From Octopus sinensis (taxonomy: Eukaryota), in NCBI RefSeq assembly GCF_006345805.1, contig NC_042997.1, forward strand, positions 81,964,001 through 82,028,000: a stretch of DNA of 64,000 nucleotides, written 5' to 3'. The position numbers and the translations under genes are program-made. Below the pieces are notes generated by a model. It did not search any database. It saw nothing but the letters and a program-made list of their open reading frames with translations, and was not told the origin of the DNA. Positions 52,421-64,000 of the stretch are shown here, in pieces (the first letter of the stretch is position 1; every line of letters begins with the position of its first letter).

Positions 52421-53226
52421 GAGTGAGAGAGCAGTTCATGCCATCAAAGTGACACTGGGGTAAAATATACGAAGCCCAATATACCCATCATGACTACCCG
52501 TCTGATAGGGTACACCAGGCACATGCATCACAACCAAATGTGCGCGACATAGTGATCTCATATGAAGATAAACAGCACATGACCTTGCAGGTGGGGCCCA
52601 GTTAGAATTTTCTTCAGGTTGAGTAGCCCATCCCGCTCAAACGGTCTCTGAATAAGGGTTGTTTAAGGATGTTGAAAAAACCACCCATGTTTCCAGAGGT
52701 GAATTATTCAAACCCCAAAGAATCCCTCTCAACACATGATGCTCCCCCGCTACTTCTGCTCGTGATCAGATATGCACATATCGTCAGCCACTAAGGGACA
52801 TGCTCAACTGGTTAAGGTCAAACAACTGACAAGCAAATCTGTGGTATTGAGCAGAATATTTGCTGTAGCCCATCTTTTATACCAAGACAAAACAATGTAC
52901 ATGATAACACTTCCAATCAGTTAAGATCAGAAGCCATGAGAGCCACTGCCTGGTACTGCATCAGGGCATAGACAAAACAATGTACATGATAACACTTCCA
53001 ATCAGTTAAGATAAGAAGCCATGAGAGCCACTGCCTGGTACTGCATCAGGGCATTTAGACAACACAATGTACATGATAACACTTCCAATCAGTTAAGATC
53101 AGAAGCCATGAGAGTCACTGCCTGGTACTGCATCAGGGCATAGACAAAACAATGTACATGATAACACTTCCAATCAGTTAAGATCAGAAGCCATGAGAGC
53201 CACTGCCTGGTACAGCATCAGGGCAT
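52421..53226 (-). mobile_element. Element N, copy 4
   Basis: Shares variants with N2; 5' end amplified. Confidence 0.82.
52885..53226. repeat. 85-bp tandem repeat, 4 copies
   Basis: agacaaaacaatgtacatg...gcctggtactgcatcagggcat head to tail. Confidence 0.95.
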
Positions 53227-53253
53227 CTTATTATTATTATTATTATTATGATT

Positions 53254-56200
53254 CTATGTTTGACTTTTGCTTTATGTCTGTACATGTTGGCTCCAAGTCT
53301 CACCCAAAGACCTCAAGAGACAACAGGTTGGAAGTTCACGTTGTTGTTATGCCTAGTGTGCCATATATTTGGTTTTGTTTTGGTGTTGTACTAGTGAATG
53401 TCTAATACATAAATTAAAAAAAAAAGAAAGTTTGTTTTAAACCTTGGGATTACATAGTGAGTATTTTGCGGAGGATATGAGCAGTTTCCATGAGCACTAT
53501 CTTTTGAATTTCTGCCATTTTGGGGTTTCCTGGTATCTGAGTTATGTAGCAATCAGTCCCTTTCGCTATCATTCCCAGGGCACCTATGAGAACAGGTATT
53601 GTTTTAGTCTTCAGCTTCCACATTTTGCTGATTTCTATTTCAAGATCTTTATATTTGCTCAGTATTTGGTAGGTTTTGACAGATACGTTTATATCGATTG
53701 GGACAGTCATATCAATGAGGAAGCATGTTCTTTGTCAGAAGTCTTTCACTATGATGTCTGGCCTATTTGCATCTATCTTTCTGTCAGTTTGAATGGTGAA
53801 GTTCCAGAGGAGTGAGATGTGGTCATTTTCAAGCACTGGAGGTGGATTGTGTTCCCACCAGTTTTTTTTCATTAGCCAAATTCAGGTTTTTGCAAATTAC
53901 CCAGTGAATATATTGTGCAGCTCTATCATGCCTGTTGAGGTACTCTGTAGGCGCTAGAAGACTTCATTTGGAGACGACATGATCAATGGTTTCATTTTGT
54001 TGTCGGCATACACTACATGTTGGGCTACTGCCGTTCTTTAATATGTTGGCCTGGTAGTTTCTTGTTGGTAGGCATTGATCTTGAGCTGCTATGATAAACC
54101 CCTCTGTTTCAGATTTTAAGCCAGAGGCCATTAGCCATTGACGGGTCAGGGCTTTGTCAATATCTGCATTATTCGTTCTCTTTGGGTATTTGCCATAGAG
54201 AGGTTTTTCTTGCCATTTATTATTCAGAATATCTAAGGCCGCAGTTTTGGCACGGGTTTTCCTGCGCTTAGCTTTTTGTCTTCATGTTTTGAGACAAGTT
54301 GTAACATCAAGTCCTCAGACTTTTTCAGGTAGGTGTCTAGGCCAATTGTAGCAATCTTCATTTTTATTGCCAGTTGCAAAAGACCACGTCCTCCCTCTTT
54401 TCTTGGCAGATAGAGTCGTTCTGTATCTGCCTTAGGGTGGTGCATTCTATGCATTGTCAATAGTTTTCTTATTTTTCTGTCGAGCTGACATATTTCAGTA
54501 ATTGACCAGTTAACGATATTGAAGCTGTAAGTCACGACTGGCATGGCTAATGCATTGATCGCTTCGATCTTGTTTCTTGCATTCAGCTCTGTCTTGAGTA
54601 TTGTTCTTACTCTGCGATAGCATTCTCTCCTGATCCTTTCCTTCATCTCTGAATGCCTTATTCCGTTCCCTTCAATTACCCCTAGGTACTTGTAGCTCTC
54701 CGCTGGGTCTAGTTCTTTTATGACATTCTGCTGGTCAAGGTTAACGTTAGATGTTTCTGTCATTTTTCCTTTGATAAAGGTAGCTTTTGCACATTTATCG
54801 AGGCCGAATTGCATTCTGATGTCGTCACTGAATTGTTTGACTATCGCTAGTAAGCCCTTGAGTTGTTGGTCATTTTTTACAAAAAGCTTTAAATCATCCA
54901 TGTAAATGAGATGATTTATATATTTATCAAACATTTTATACCGGTACCGAGCGTCATTGAGCAGTTTTGAGAGAGGTATTAAGGTTAAACAAAAGAGGAG
55001 TGGTGACAGTGAGTCACCCTGGAAAATGCCACACGAAAGTTTTACAGCACCAGCATTTAGGGATTCATTGTCACTGTTCAGAGTTAGTGTGGTTCTCCAT
55101 GATCTCATTCTTACAGTCAAAAGTTTTCGCAGAGTAGGTGCTATCTTATACATTTCCAGGCATTTCCCAATCCAGCTATGTGGTAGGATATCAAAAGCCT
55201 TTTTATAGTCTATGCAGGATATTGATAAGTTTTTGTGTCGTTTGTGACAATCTTCTAAGATCATCTTATTGATGAGTAGTTGATCTTTACAGCCGTAGGA
55301 TCCACGTTTACATCCTTTCTGTTCATTAGGGAATATGCTGCTGTCTGTTAAAAAACTATACGTATATTCCGTCAGGACAGATGTTAGCGTTTTATACATA
55401 GTTGTTAAGCAGGTTATGGGTCTATAGATTTTTGGTTCATTTGTTTCTTCACTTTTTGGAAGCAGGAATGTTAACCCATTAACTAGCCAAGGAGGCATCC
55501 TACTAGGGTGTTGCAAAACATCATTGTACAGTTCTGTTAGCAGTTCATGACTCTCTGGGAAGGCATTTAGCCGGAAGTTAGGAATTTTAGCCTTTCCTGG
55601 AGACTTCCATTTGCTTGACCTCCTGAGAGCAGATTTTATATCTTCTACCTTGACACCCTCCCACTTTTGCTCTTCTAAGGGGTCCAGTTCTGTAGATATT
55701 CTGTCAATCCAGGGGGCCTTTTCATTGTGTATTTTTTCTTCTGCCCAAATTTTACTCCAAAGTCCCTGCACTTCTTCTTTTGATGGTACAGACCTTGCAG
55801 TAAACGCTGTTTTTCCTATCATCCTGTAAAAATTCTTGGGGTTATTTTTGAACATGTTGTTGTCCTCGAAAAATCTTTTCATATCTCACTATGCGGTCAG
55901 CTTTGGCAGATACCTTTTGTTTGATGGTTTCTATGGTGGCATCAATATCAAGTATAGTTTTCATATTGTATTTTTTCAGTAATTTTTGGGTTTTTGTAGG
56001 TTTGGTAGTCTTGTGAACCTTAAGGTTTTTCAAATATTCAATGTCAGATCTGTATAGTTTAATTTGTTGTTGCAAACGCTCTTGCCAAGAAGGCTTTTTG
56101 TGGGAATGTTGCTGTTTTCTAATCTTTACACCACATAGGATCGTTGAGATTTTCGCGGATGGATAGTATAGGTGGTTGAGATTTGTGATATCAACATCAT

Positions 56201-56577
56201 TAGCTGAAATTATATCCTTAAGTGCAAGCCGGATTTTACCAATTATTTTCATGTTTTGTTTAGAGTTGCGGATTTTAGGGAGTGTATCACGTTCATCCAT
56301 GCTGGTTTCTTTAATTTTCAGCCATTCAATCATGATTTGATTTTTTAGCTCATGTAGTTCTGTTGGGTCAATATTTGTGTGAATTTCTTTTCTATTTCAT
56401 GTTCATCTGTCTTAGTGTTTATATTTGGTTCAGGGAGTATTTCACTTTGCCTATCACTTATACTAACTCTTTCAATCCTTCCTTCGTTTTTATCAGCTCT
56501 GGGCTGGTCTATAATTATTTCCTCTGTATTATTATCTCTAGCTGCAGCTTCGTTCATTTTATCTGATATTGCTTGTC
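53254..56577 (-). mobile_element. R4/Dong family A copy A4, duplicate of A2
   Basis: 549 aa ORF 54233-55882 with the RT; same 5' truncation and same internal deletions as A2. Confidence 0.95.
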
Positions 56578-56697
56578 TTATTATCATTATTATTATAATT
56601 ATCATTATTATTATTTTTATTATTAATATTATTATTGTTGTTGTTGTTGTTATCATTATTATTATTATTATTAATATTATTAATATTATTATTATTA

Positions 56698-56991
56698 CGT
56701 TTATATATTTGTTTTGCAAGATTCTTGATGAGAAATCATGTGTTGAAACAGATGTAGTTCTATTTAAATTACAAAATTTAAAATACAAGATGGCTAACCG
56801 TTAGTAAGGAAAGACACAAATAACAAAGAAGTAAGCAAAGGACCACTGATGAAGTCACAGAAGTGTGACGAAAGTATCTGGCCAAATAAGATTAAAATTA
56901 ATGTAAAAAATAAAGCTGAAGCAAATTAACACCAGATATATAGTGCGTCTGTCATTATTGGCTAATCTGGCAAAATGACTATTCCTAAATA

Positions 56992-56992
<1 letters not shown>
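56698..56992 (+). mobile_element. Hammerhead cassette G, duplicate of G2
   Basis: Homology and identical flanking TTA pattern. Confidence 0.75.
56840..56883 (+). ncRNA. Minimal type I hammerhead ribozyme motif (best-paired copy)
   Basis: GGACCA-CTGATGA-A-GTCACA-GAAG-TGTGAC-GAAA-GTA-TC-TGGCC; perfect 6-bp stem II; predicted cleavage after 56878. Confidence 0.68.
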
Positions 56993-57043
<51 letters not shown>

Positions 57044-57114
57044 ATTCTTCTTCTTATTATTATTATTATTATTATTAATATTATCATTATTATCATCGTT
57101 ATTATTATTGTTAA

Positions 57115-57188
<74 letters not shown>

Positions 57189-57201
57189 TATTATTATTTA
57201 T

Positions 57202-60200
57202 GACGTAACACAGTATCTAAAATCGTGATTTTCTTGATTGAAGATATTTTGTCTACCGGGGGTTTGTATTGTCGATGTTTGATAGTTTGATAGTCGATGG
57301 TTGTCATAAGCAAAAATATATTTCTACTTAAAGTAAAGTTGCTGCCACCTTCTAACTTCGAACTCAGTACTTGACTGGTACTTTAATTTATCAACCCTGA
57401 AACGATGAATTAGCCACGTTGACGTCAGTAGCGTTTTAACTCAGGTTGTAAAGAGATACAGCAAGGCAGTTTTTCCAGTTCTCCAACAATCCCGCCAATA
57501 TACCACCTTCGTGCCATGAACAAATAATAAAAAACAAAAATTAAATTTTAAAAATAATCAGTATAAATTATATCATCGGCAAAACTGGAGAAGACGCGCT
57601 CCATTCAAGTAAGAACGAATAAACAGACAGGTGTTAGTTGTGATGGTGGTTATAGTGAAGATAATCGGTGATTGTAGTAAGAGAAGGATGAAAACGACGA
57701 TGACATCAAATACAAGATAGGTTGAAATATTTTCTCATATTTCAAGCTTTATCTGATACTAGAAACAAATTACATACGAAAACCTTTTATTCTTCAAAAT
57801 ATATCTCAATATATTCTACTGTCTGATACCATCGTCGTATGAGAAGCTCAGTATCATACTTGTACCGTTTAGGTGATTTTAGAGGCAAAAAGCTTACAGC
57901 AGTGTTTTTCAACCTCATCCATAATGTTGAAATTTCGTCCATACAGCTGAGCACTGGTGTCGATGTAATCGATTTACCCTCTCACCTGAAATTGCTGACT
58001 TGTATCAAAATTTGAAACCAATCATTATTATGTCGAATTCATATTAATTTTTTTAACCCCAGTCAGACCCGAAGCGATCAGACGATGTTTAAACACAGAT
58101 ATCCCAGTCTTGACAATTCTCATTTTTTGTCCTGGCATTCTTTAGTCAGGACTATGTACAGTGTCCGGTATGAAAAATTAGCTAGAGATATAGTGTAATA
58201 CGGTTTATGTTTCTTTATCTAATGGAAACATTTCTCGTCAAAAACTAAAAACAAGGCGGTAGCCTTTCTCCTTTCCTGTTTTCTTTCATTAGTTTCTATC
58301 ATTAGAGAGTGGCCATGGTGGAGCATTTACTTGAAAGGTTTTAGTCGAATAAGTCGAGCCCATTGCTTTTTAATCCTTTTAAGACTTACTTATTAAGCAA
58401 ACCGACACTTCCTGACAAGCAATGGGGTGCATACACCAACAGGAAGACATGCACGCAGAGAGATATGTACTCATATACACACACATAAAACCACGGTAGG
58501 CTTTTTTCAGTTTTTACCTACCAATACACTCGCAAATTTTTACCCGGATCTGGACCTCGTTTGCGTCAATTTGGTGGGATTATATTTAAATGATTTTGTT
58601 GAGAATAGCACCATTGTTTGTAAGTTTTACAAATAAGTTGCTGAATCATTGTATTTACGATGTGCATGTACTGAATCTGGTACCTCATTTCTATTAACAG
58701 CTTGAGGATCTCTTAAATGTATTTTTGACTTTTGGTATGTAAGCGTTGTTTGTAAGCGTACAGATCATTGCATTTACTATGTGCATTGAATAAAGAGGGC
58801 AGGACAGCTTTAGCAGGTAGGACATGAACACCAGTAATATAATACCATAATAGGCCACCATAAAGTCACTATTGTGAATTCTGGATTGAGTTTTCTCTGT
58901 AATGCACACATACAACTAGTTCAGCTATTCTCTATCCAACGTTGATTTTTTATTACCGTAAACCATGTACCTAACTACTCTAGCCAACATGTGGCTAGAG
59001 CATTGTTGAAGTGTTCACATAATGTGTGACGAAAGAACTTTGACAACGCAACTAAAATATTAAAAATAAAGCTGATGTGAAGACCAACTGCATAATCTGT
59101 GAGTTTAAATCGCAAAATATAACCATTTAAAAGTATCACAATATCTGTTTCAAAACACGGTTTCACGTGAAGAATCTTGCAAAACAAATACATAAAAGAA
59201 AATACAATTTTTGCACAAATAGCACGTGCAAATACAACCACCTAAGATAACAAAATTCACAAATCATGCCCTGACGAGGTCTCATATGCTATCACACAAA
59301 CACAACAAAATATAAATTTGTCGATAGGTGATTTAAAAAATGCAAAATGCATGTTTTGAAGAAATGGAAAAAGAGTACAGTAGACACTGAGAAAAGCAAT
59401 AGCATATAAAACTAAATGAGTTGAAAGATGTAGATTAGAACGAGAGACACAAGAGGGAAGTGTTATGGTACGGTAGGGGTAAGATCCACAGAGGAAGAGG
59501 AGAAAATGAAACACTCCTCTTTGACGGTACCCATAGCAGTGCTTGGATTTATGAATGCGAATGGATAGAACAAATTAACCAGATTGCTCCAAAATTCCAT
59601 GTGGCTGTGGAGGGATGAAATCCGATGTTTCACCTGTGTGGAGACACAAATCATCTCAAGGGTTTTTTCCGCACAACAAAAGAGAGAATAGAGAGTCTCA
59701 CCTTTGCCGACACGACCATCATTCCCATCGATACCATCACCACCACCACTATCAAAGACACAACCCTCACGAGCACAAGTCTCAGATCGCACATTCCAAC
59801 ACCAGCAAATGTCAAACATCATTAACTACACCGCAATAAGCAAGAACAATAAAGACCTGAAGGAACGCATATATAACCATACAGACAACGCAGCCCAGAT
59901 TTATCACATCAACAAACAACGTACCAACGCACATAACAGTTATCCTTAGGACAGTCCGTATAAATGCACATGATTTGGGGTCGCCTAGGAAACATAGTCA
60001 TCTACACAGCAACTTCAGATCACGAAGTGTAGATGTAGTGGCTCTCAGTGAAGTTAGACTCTGACTGACAATCGTTCATGTCGATTTTCAGTGATTTACG
60101 CTCAGACAGGAGTAGGACAACAAGCCTTTTTCATGCGTCTGGAGGTTTTCCTAGGAATTCCTGTTTTAGTGGGGGATTTAAACGCCGTTGTAGAGCCACA

Positions 60201-60895
60201 GTTCGACTGTGTGGGGCTAACGGATAGTACAGTGGGAGGTAAAAGCCTCACAAACCTGCTGAGCAATGGGGTCGATGAAATCAACCTACCTCATTTCTCT
60301 CAATTGCTGGCCTTGTGCGAAAATTTGAAAGCATTATTATTGTTATTATTAGCTGCTGTTGCGTGTAGGACGGATACGGCTATCAGCTGAATCGATAGTG
60401 AAGATTACCCCGCCAACTCCCTTTAACCGGTAGGCGCAGGCAATTTTTTTTATTCATGTGGTGGTTGTAGAGAAAGAGGTAGACACGTTTGAAAGGGCTA
60501 AAGACAGACACTTTCGTCTTTGGCCAAACCCTCATCAACTTCAAGTCTCACTTGAGAAGGAAAGTGAGAGTGGAAGGGAAATGTTGTCTTCTATCAAATT
60601 TGTTGAAATGTAAGTGGATGTGAGATAAATGGACAGTGTGAATGGACCAATTCTGTGAATACACCTGTAAAAAGAATAAAAGGAGAAGGGCTCTTGCCCA
60701 GTTGATCAGGAACCCGTAGCTTTCGTTGCTTTTTCCGCGAGTTACCTTTAAAGCGCCTACCACTATTGGGAGTTTTACTTGTTACTACTAGATTGTTATT
60801 AAATGTTCACATGAATGTGAAAATCCTTTGTAACGTCTTGTGTTGTCTTTTATGTATAATTTATATTAGCCCTTGTAGCCCATAAAAGGATAAAT
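57202..60895. repeat. Compound unit alpha, copy 3 (E stub, deletion, S, T, U)
   Basis: Colinear with 31147-34765. Confidence 0.92.
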
Positions 60896-60908
60896 AATTA
60901 AAATTAAA

Positions 60909-60961
<53 letters not shown>

Positions 60962-61034
60962 GTATATTATTATTATTAGTATTATTATAATAATAATTAT
61001 TATTATTATTTTTATTACTATTATTATTATTATA

Positions 61035-61099
<65 letters not shown>
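60896..61099. repeat. (TTA)n microsatellite
   Basis: Directly visible. Confidence 0.95.
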
Positions 61100-61100
<1 letters not shown>

Positions 61101-64000
61101 GGCGGCGTGTTTGGCACAATAGTTAGCACACCCGGCAGAATGCAAAAATAACTCGTATTACACGAGTAACCTTTAAAGTGCCTACCACTATTGGGAGTTT
61201 TAGAAAATACAAAATGGCTGACCATCAGTAAGGAGAGACACACAAATAAGAGAGAAGAAAGCAACAGATCACTAATGAGATCACAAGACTGTGACGAAAG
61301 AACTCTGGCCAAAATAAGATTAAAATTAATGTAAATAATAAATAAAGCTGAAACAAATTAACATCAAATATATAGTGCGTGTGTTTTTATTGGCTAAACA
61401 GGCAAAATGACTATTACTAAATACAATATTATTATCATTATCATTAATATTAATATTTAAGACGTAACACAGTATCCAAAATCGTGAATTTTTGATAGAA
61501 GATATTGTGTCTACCGGGGGTTTTTATTGTCGGTCACGTTACAACAAGGATCTCAGAGAGTCAGTATCTTACACAGAATGCGTGCTGTTCCAAGTAATGC
61601 CGTGTTTTGCAATATACCTAGATTGTACGGTATTTCTAAATTTTCCAGGTATTTATTCATGTTGTTTTGGTATTGAATCCAATACTCCGATGATAATTGG
61701 GACAACCTTTATATTTGACTGTCGTAGCTGCCACAACATGGCGATTTCTATTCCCAGGTCTCCGTATTTATCGATCTCTTCTCTTTCTTTCATATGTTGA
61801 TCTTGTGGTAGTGACTCCTCTGTTATTCAGTACTCTTGTTTTTCCCCCCTAAAGGTTACTTTGTCCGGCCTCCGGTACTCTAAGTCAAAGACCCAGAAGA
61901 TTTCTATTTCCCCCTTTCGTCATTTACGTTTTCTGGTGTATGTTGGTGTCAAGCACCCATTATTTCGTATCCATACTTCCGGCATTGTAGCTAGTGAAGG
62001 TCCTGCGCTACGTTGTCATGTCTGCGCTTGTACTCTTTCTGCGCAAGACGTTCACAAGCTTGTGAAAGCGAGTATGTGCGTGTGTGTATATACGTATATA
62101 TCTAGGTGGAGAAAAACTGGAACGAAGTGACGAACAGGGTAGCCAATCTCACCCAGAAATTGGTCGAGAGGAAGCTGTTCCTGAAAGGTCGAGTGAGGGG
62201 GAGAATGCGTACATCACATCGGTCACCTACTACCGCTTGACCATCGACCCTTGCCCGTTACGTTGCCTGAACAAGCTGGTCGGCATACAACTCCGATTTC
62301 TGCGGAGGGATCTCGTTCCGCTGGTAAGGTGCTCCATCTGCTGACAGCACCTTACCTTGTCGACCGGGAGGGGGCGATGGTGGTACTGCAGTGCTTTTCC
62401 GAAAAGATCTGGATTTGTAAATAAAAGCAATATTCCTGGATCCAGAAAGTAATTTAATGGTTCTAGATGTGAGCAGCAGTGACGGCGCTACCTTCAAACA
62501 GGGGAGGGCTGTCGGATTACTTCAAGTGTCTGGAGGTTTTCCTAGGAACGTCTCGAGCTTTAGTATTAGTAGGGGATTGAAACGCTGTCTTAGATAAATA
62601 TTTCGATTGCGTGGAGCTATCAGATAGGAGAGTGGGTTGCAACATCCTAACAAACCTGCTCAGATGTTTTCAACTGTCTGACAGGTATCGAGTAGATTAA
62701 CCCATATACCAGGGTTGCAGAATGGCGAAAATAATAATGGAAAACATTTTACTAGAAATAGACATCTGCTGGTTGGTGGCATGAACAAAATGAATATCCT
62801 ACAGGCGCGAAAACTGCATAAACAAAACTTTTGCGGGCAGTACTTGGATTTATGGATGCGAATGGATAGAACAAATTTACCAGATTGCTCCAAACTTCCA
62901 TGTGGCTGTGGAGGGATGAAATCCGATGTTTCACCTGTGTGGAGACACAAATCATCTCAAGGCCTTTTTCCCACAACAAAAGAGAAAAAAGAGAGTCCCG
63001 CCTTTGCCGACACCACCACCACAACCACACTCAGCAACAGCACCAGCTAATACCGCTGACCACTTCAGCTGCAAAAACAACAGTATCATTAGCTTTACCA
63101 GTAATCATAGCAGCACCGACCTCATTAACCGTAACAACAACATGAACAAGAGCAGTGAAGGCAACAGCAGCGAACAGAACAGGGAACTCACGAACATCTA
63201 AGTCTTTCACATATCAGACAACAACGAAAACAACAGCATCAGAATTACCCAATATAAGAAATTTATTATCAACAGAACAACGGCAAAAATCTCGCAAAGA
63301 GATGTTCCACTCATGTTCGTAACAGTCAGACATGTCCTGCAGCCATGGGAACGACGAAGAGCCTAAATGTCAAAAAGTTAGCAGGTCTGATAAAATAAAA
63401 GGAAATAAAATATAGCCATACCAACACAAAACCTGGCAGGTATGATGAGAGCTGGAAAATATCTTTGTGAATAAATACACAACTAACAGCTCCCCCCCCC
63501 AACAGCAGCGTCACCAGTAATGTCAACATCATTCCCATCGATACCATCACCACCACCACTATCAAAGACACAACCCTCACGAGCACAACATAATTCACAC
63601 ACACAACTCTCAGATCGCACATTCCAACACCAGCAAATGTCAAACATCATTAAATACACAGCAATAATCAAGAACAAAAAAGACCTGAAGGAACGCATAT
63701 ATAACCATACAGACAACGCAGCCCATATTTATCACATCAACAAACAACGTACCAACGCACATAACAGTTATCCTTAGGATAGTCCGTTTAAATGCACATG
63801 ATTTGGGGTCGCCTAGGAAACATAGTCATCTACTCAGCAACCTCAGATCACGAAGTGTAGATGCAGTGACTCTCAGTGAAGCTAGACTCTGACTGACAAT
63901 CGTTCATGCCGATTTTCGGTGATTTCGCACAGACAGGAGTAGGACAACAAGCCTTTTTCATGCTTCTGGGGGTTTTCCTAGGAATTCCTGTTTTAGTGGG
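61100..64000. repeat. Compound unit beta, copy 2 (runs off the window)
   Basis: Colinear with 34829-37740. Confidence 0.92.

Noticed and set aside
52885-53226. CRISPR-like appearance of the 85-bp and 33-bp arrays
   Set aside because: Head-to-tail repeats with no unique spacers, no cas genes, eukaryotic context

Overview
AT-rich eukaryotic DNA made almost entirely of transposable-element debris. No host gene, rRNA, tRNA gene or CRISPR array is supported. The tRNA-derived SINEs resemble octopus SINEs as I recall them, so a cephalopod origin is likely (inference, not searched). Main components: (1) At least four families (A, B, C, E) of R4/Dong-type non-LTR retrotransposons with YMDD reverse transcriptase, CX2CX8HX4C finger and PD..D..K restriction-like endonuclease. 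All lie on the minus strand and end in or sit inside (TAA)n, and two copies (39.5-43.5 kb, 43.7-47.9 kb) are essentially full length. (2) A 540-810 bp non-coding TAA-tailed passenger element (N, 4 copies). (3) A ~300 bp TAA-flanked cassette (G) carrying a minimal type I hammerhead-ribozyme motif; 3 copies keep the catalytic core and 3 are mutated. (4) Tx1/L1-clade fragments, a mariner, a long-TIR MITE-like element and SINEs. (5) Three mosaic copies of a compound 10-20 kb unit (about 5.9-17.5, 18.4-38.5 and 53.3-64 kb), whose filled and empty insertion sites and deletion scars give a readable history. Boundaries were read by eye and may be off by several bases; identities were not computed.
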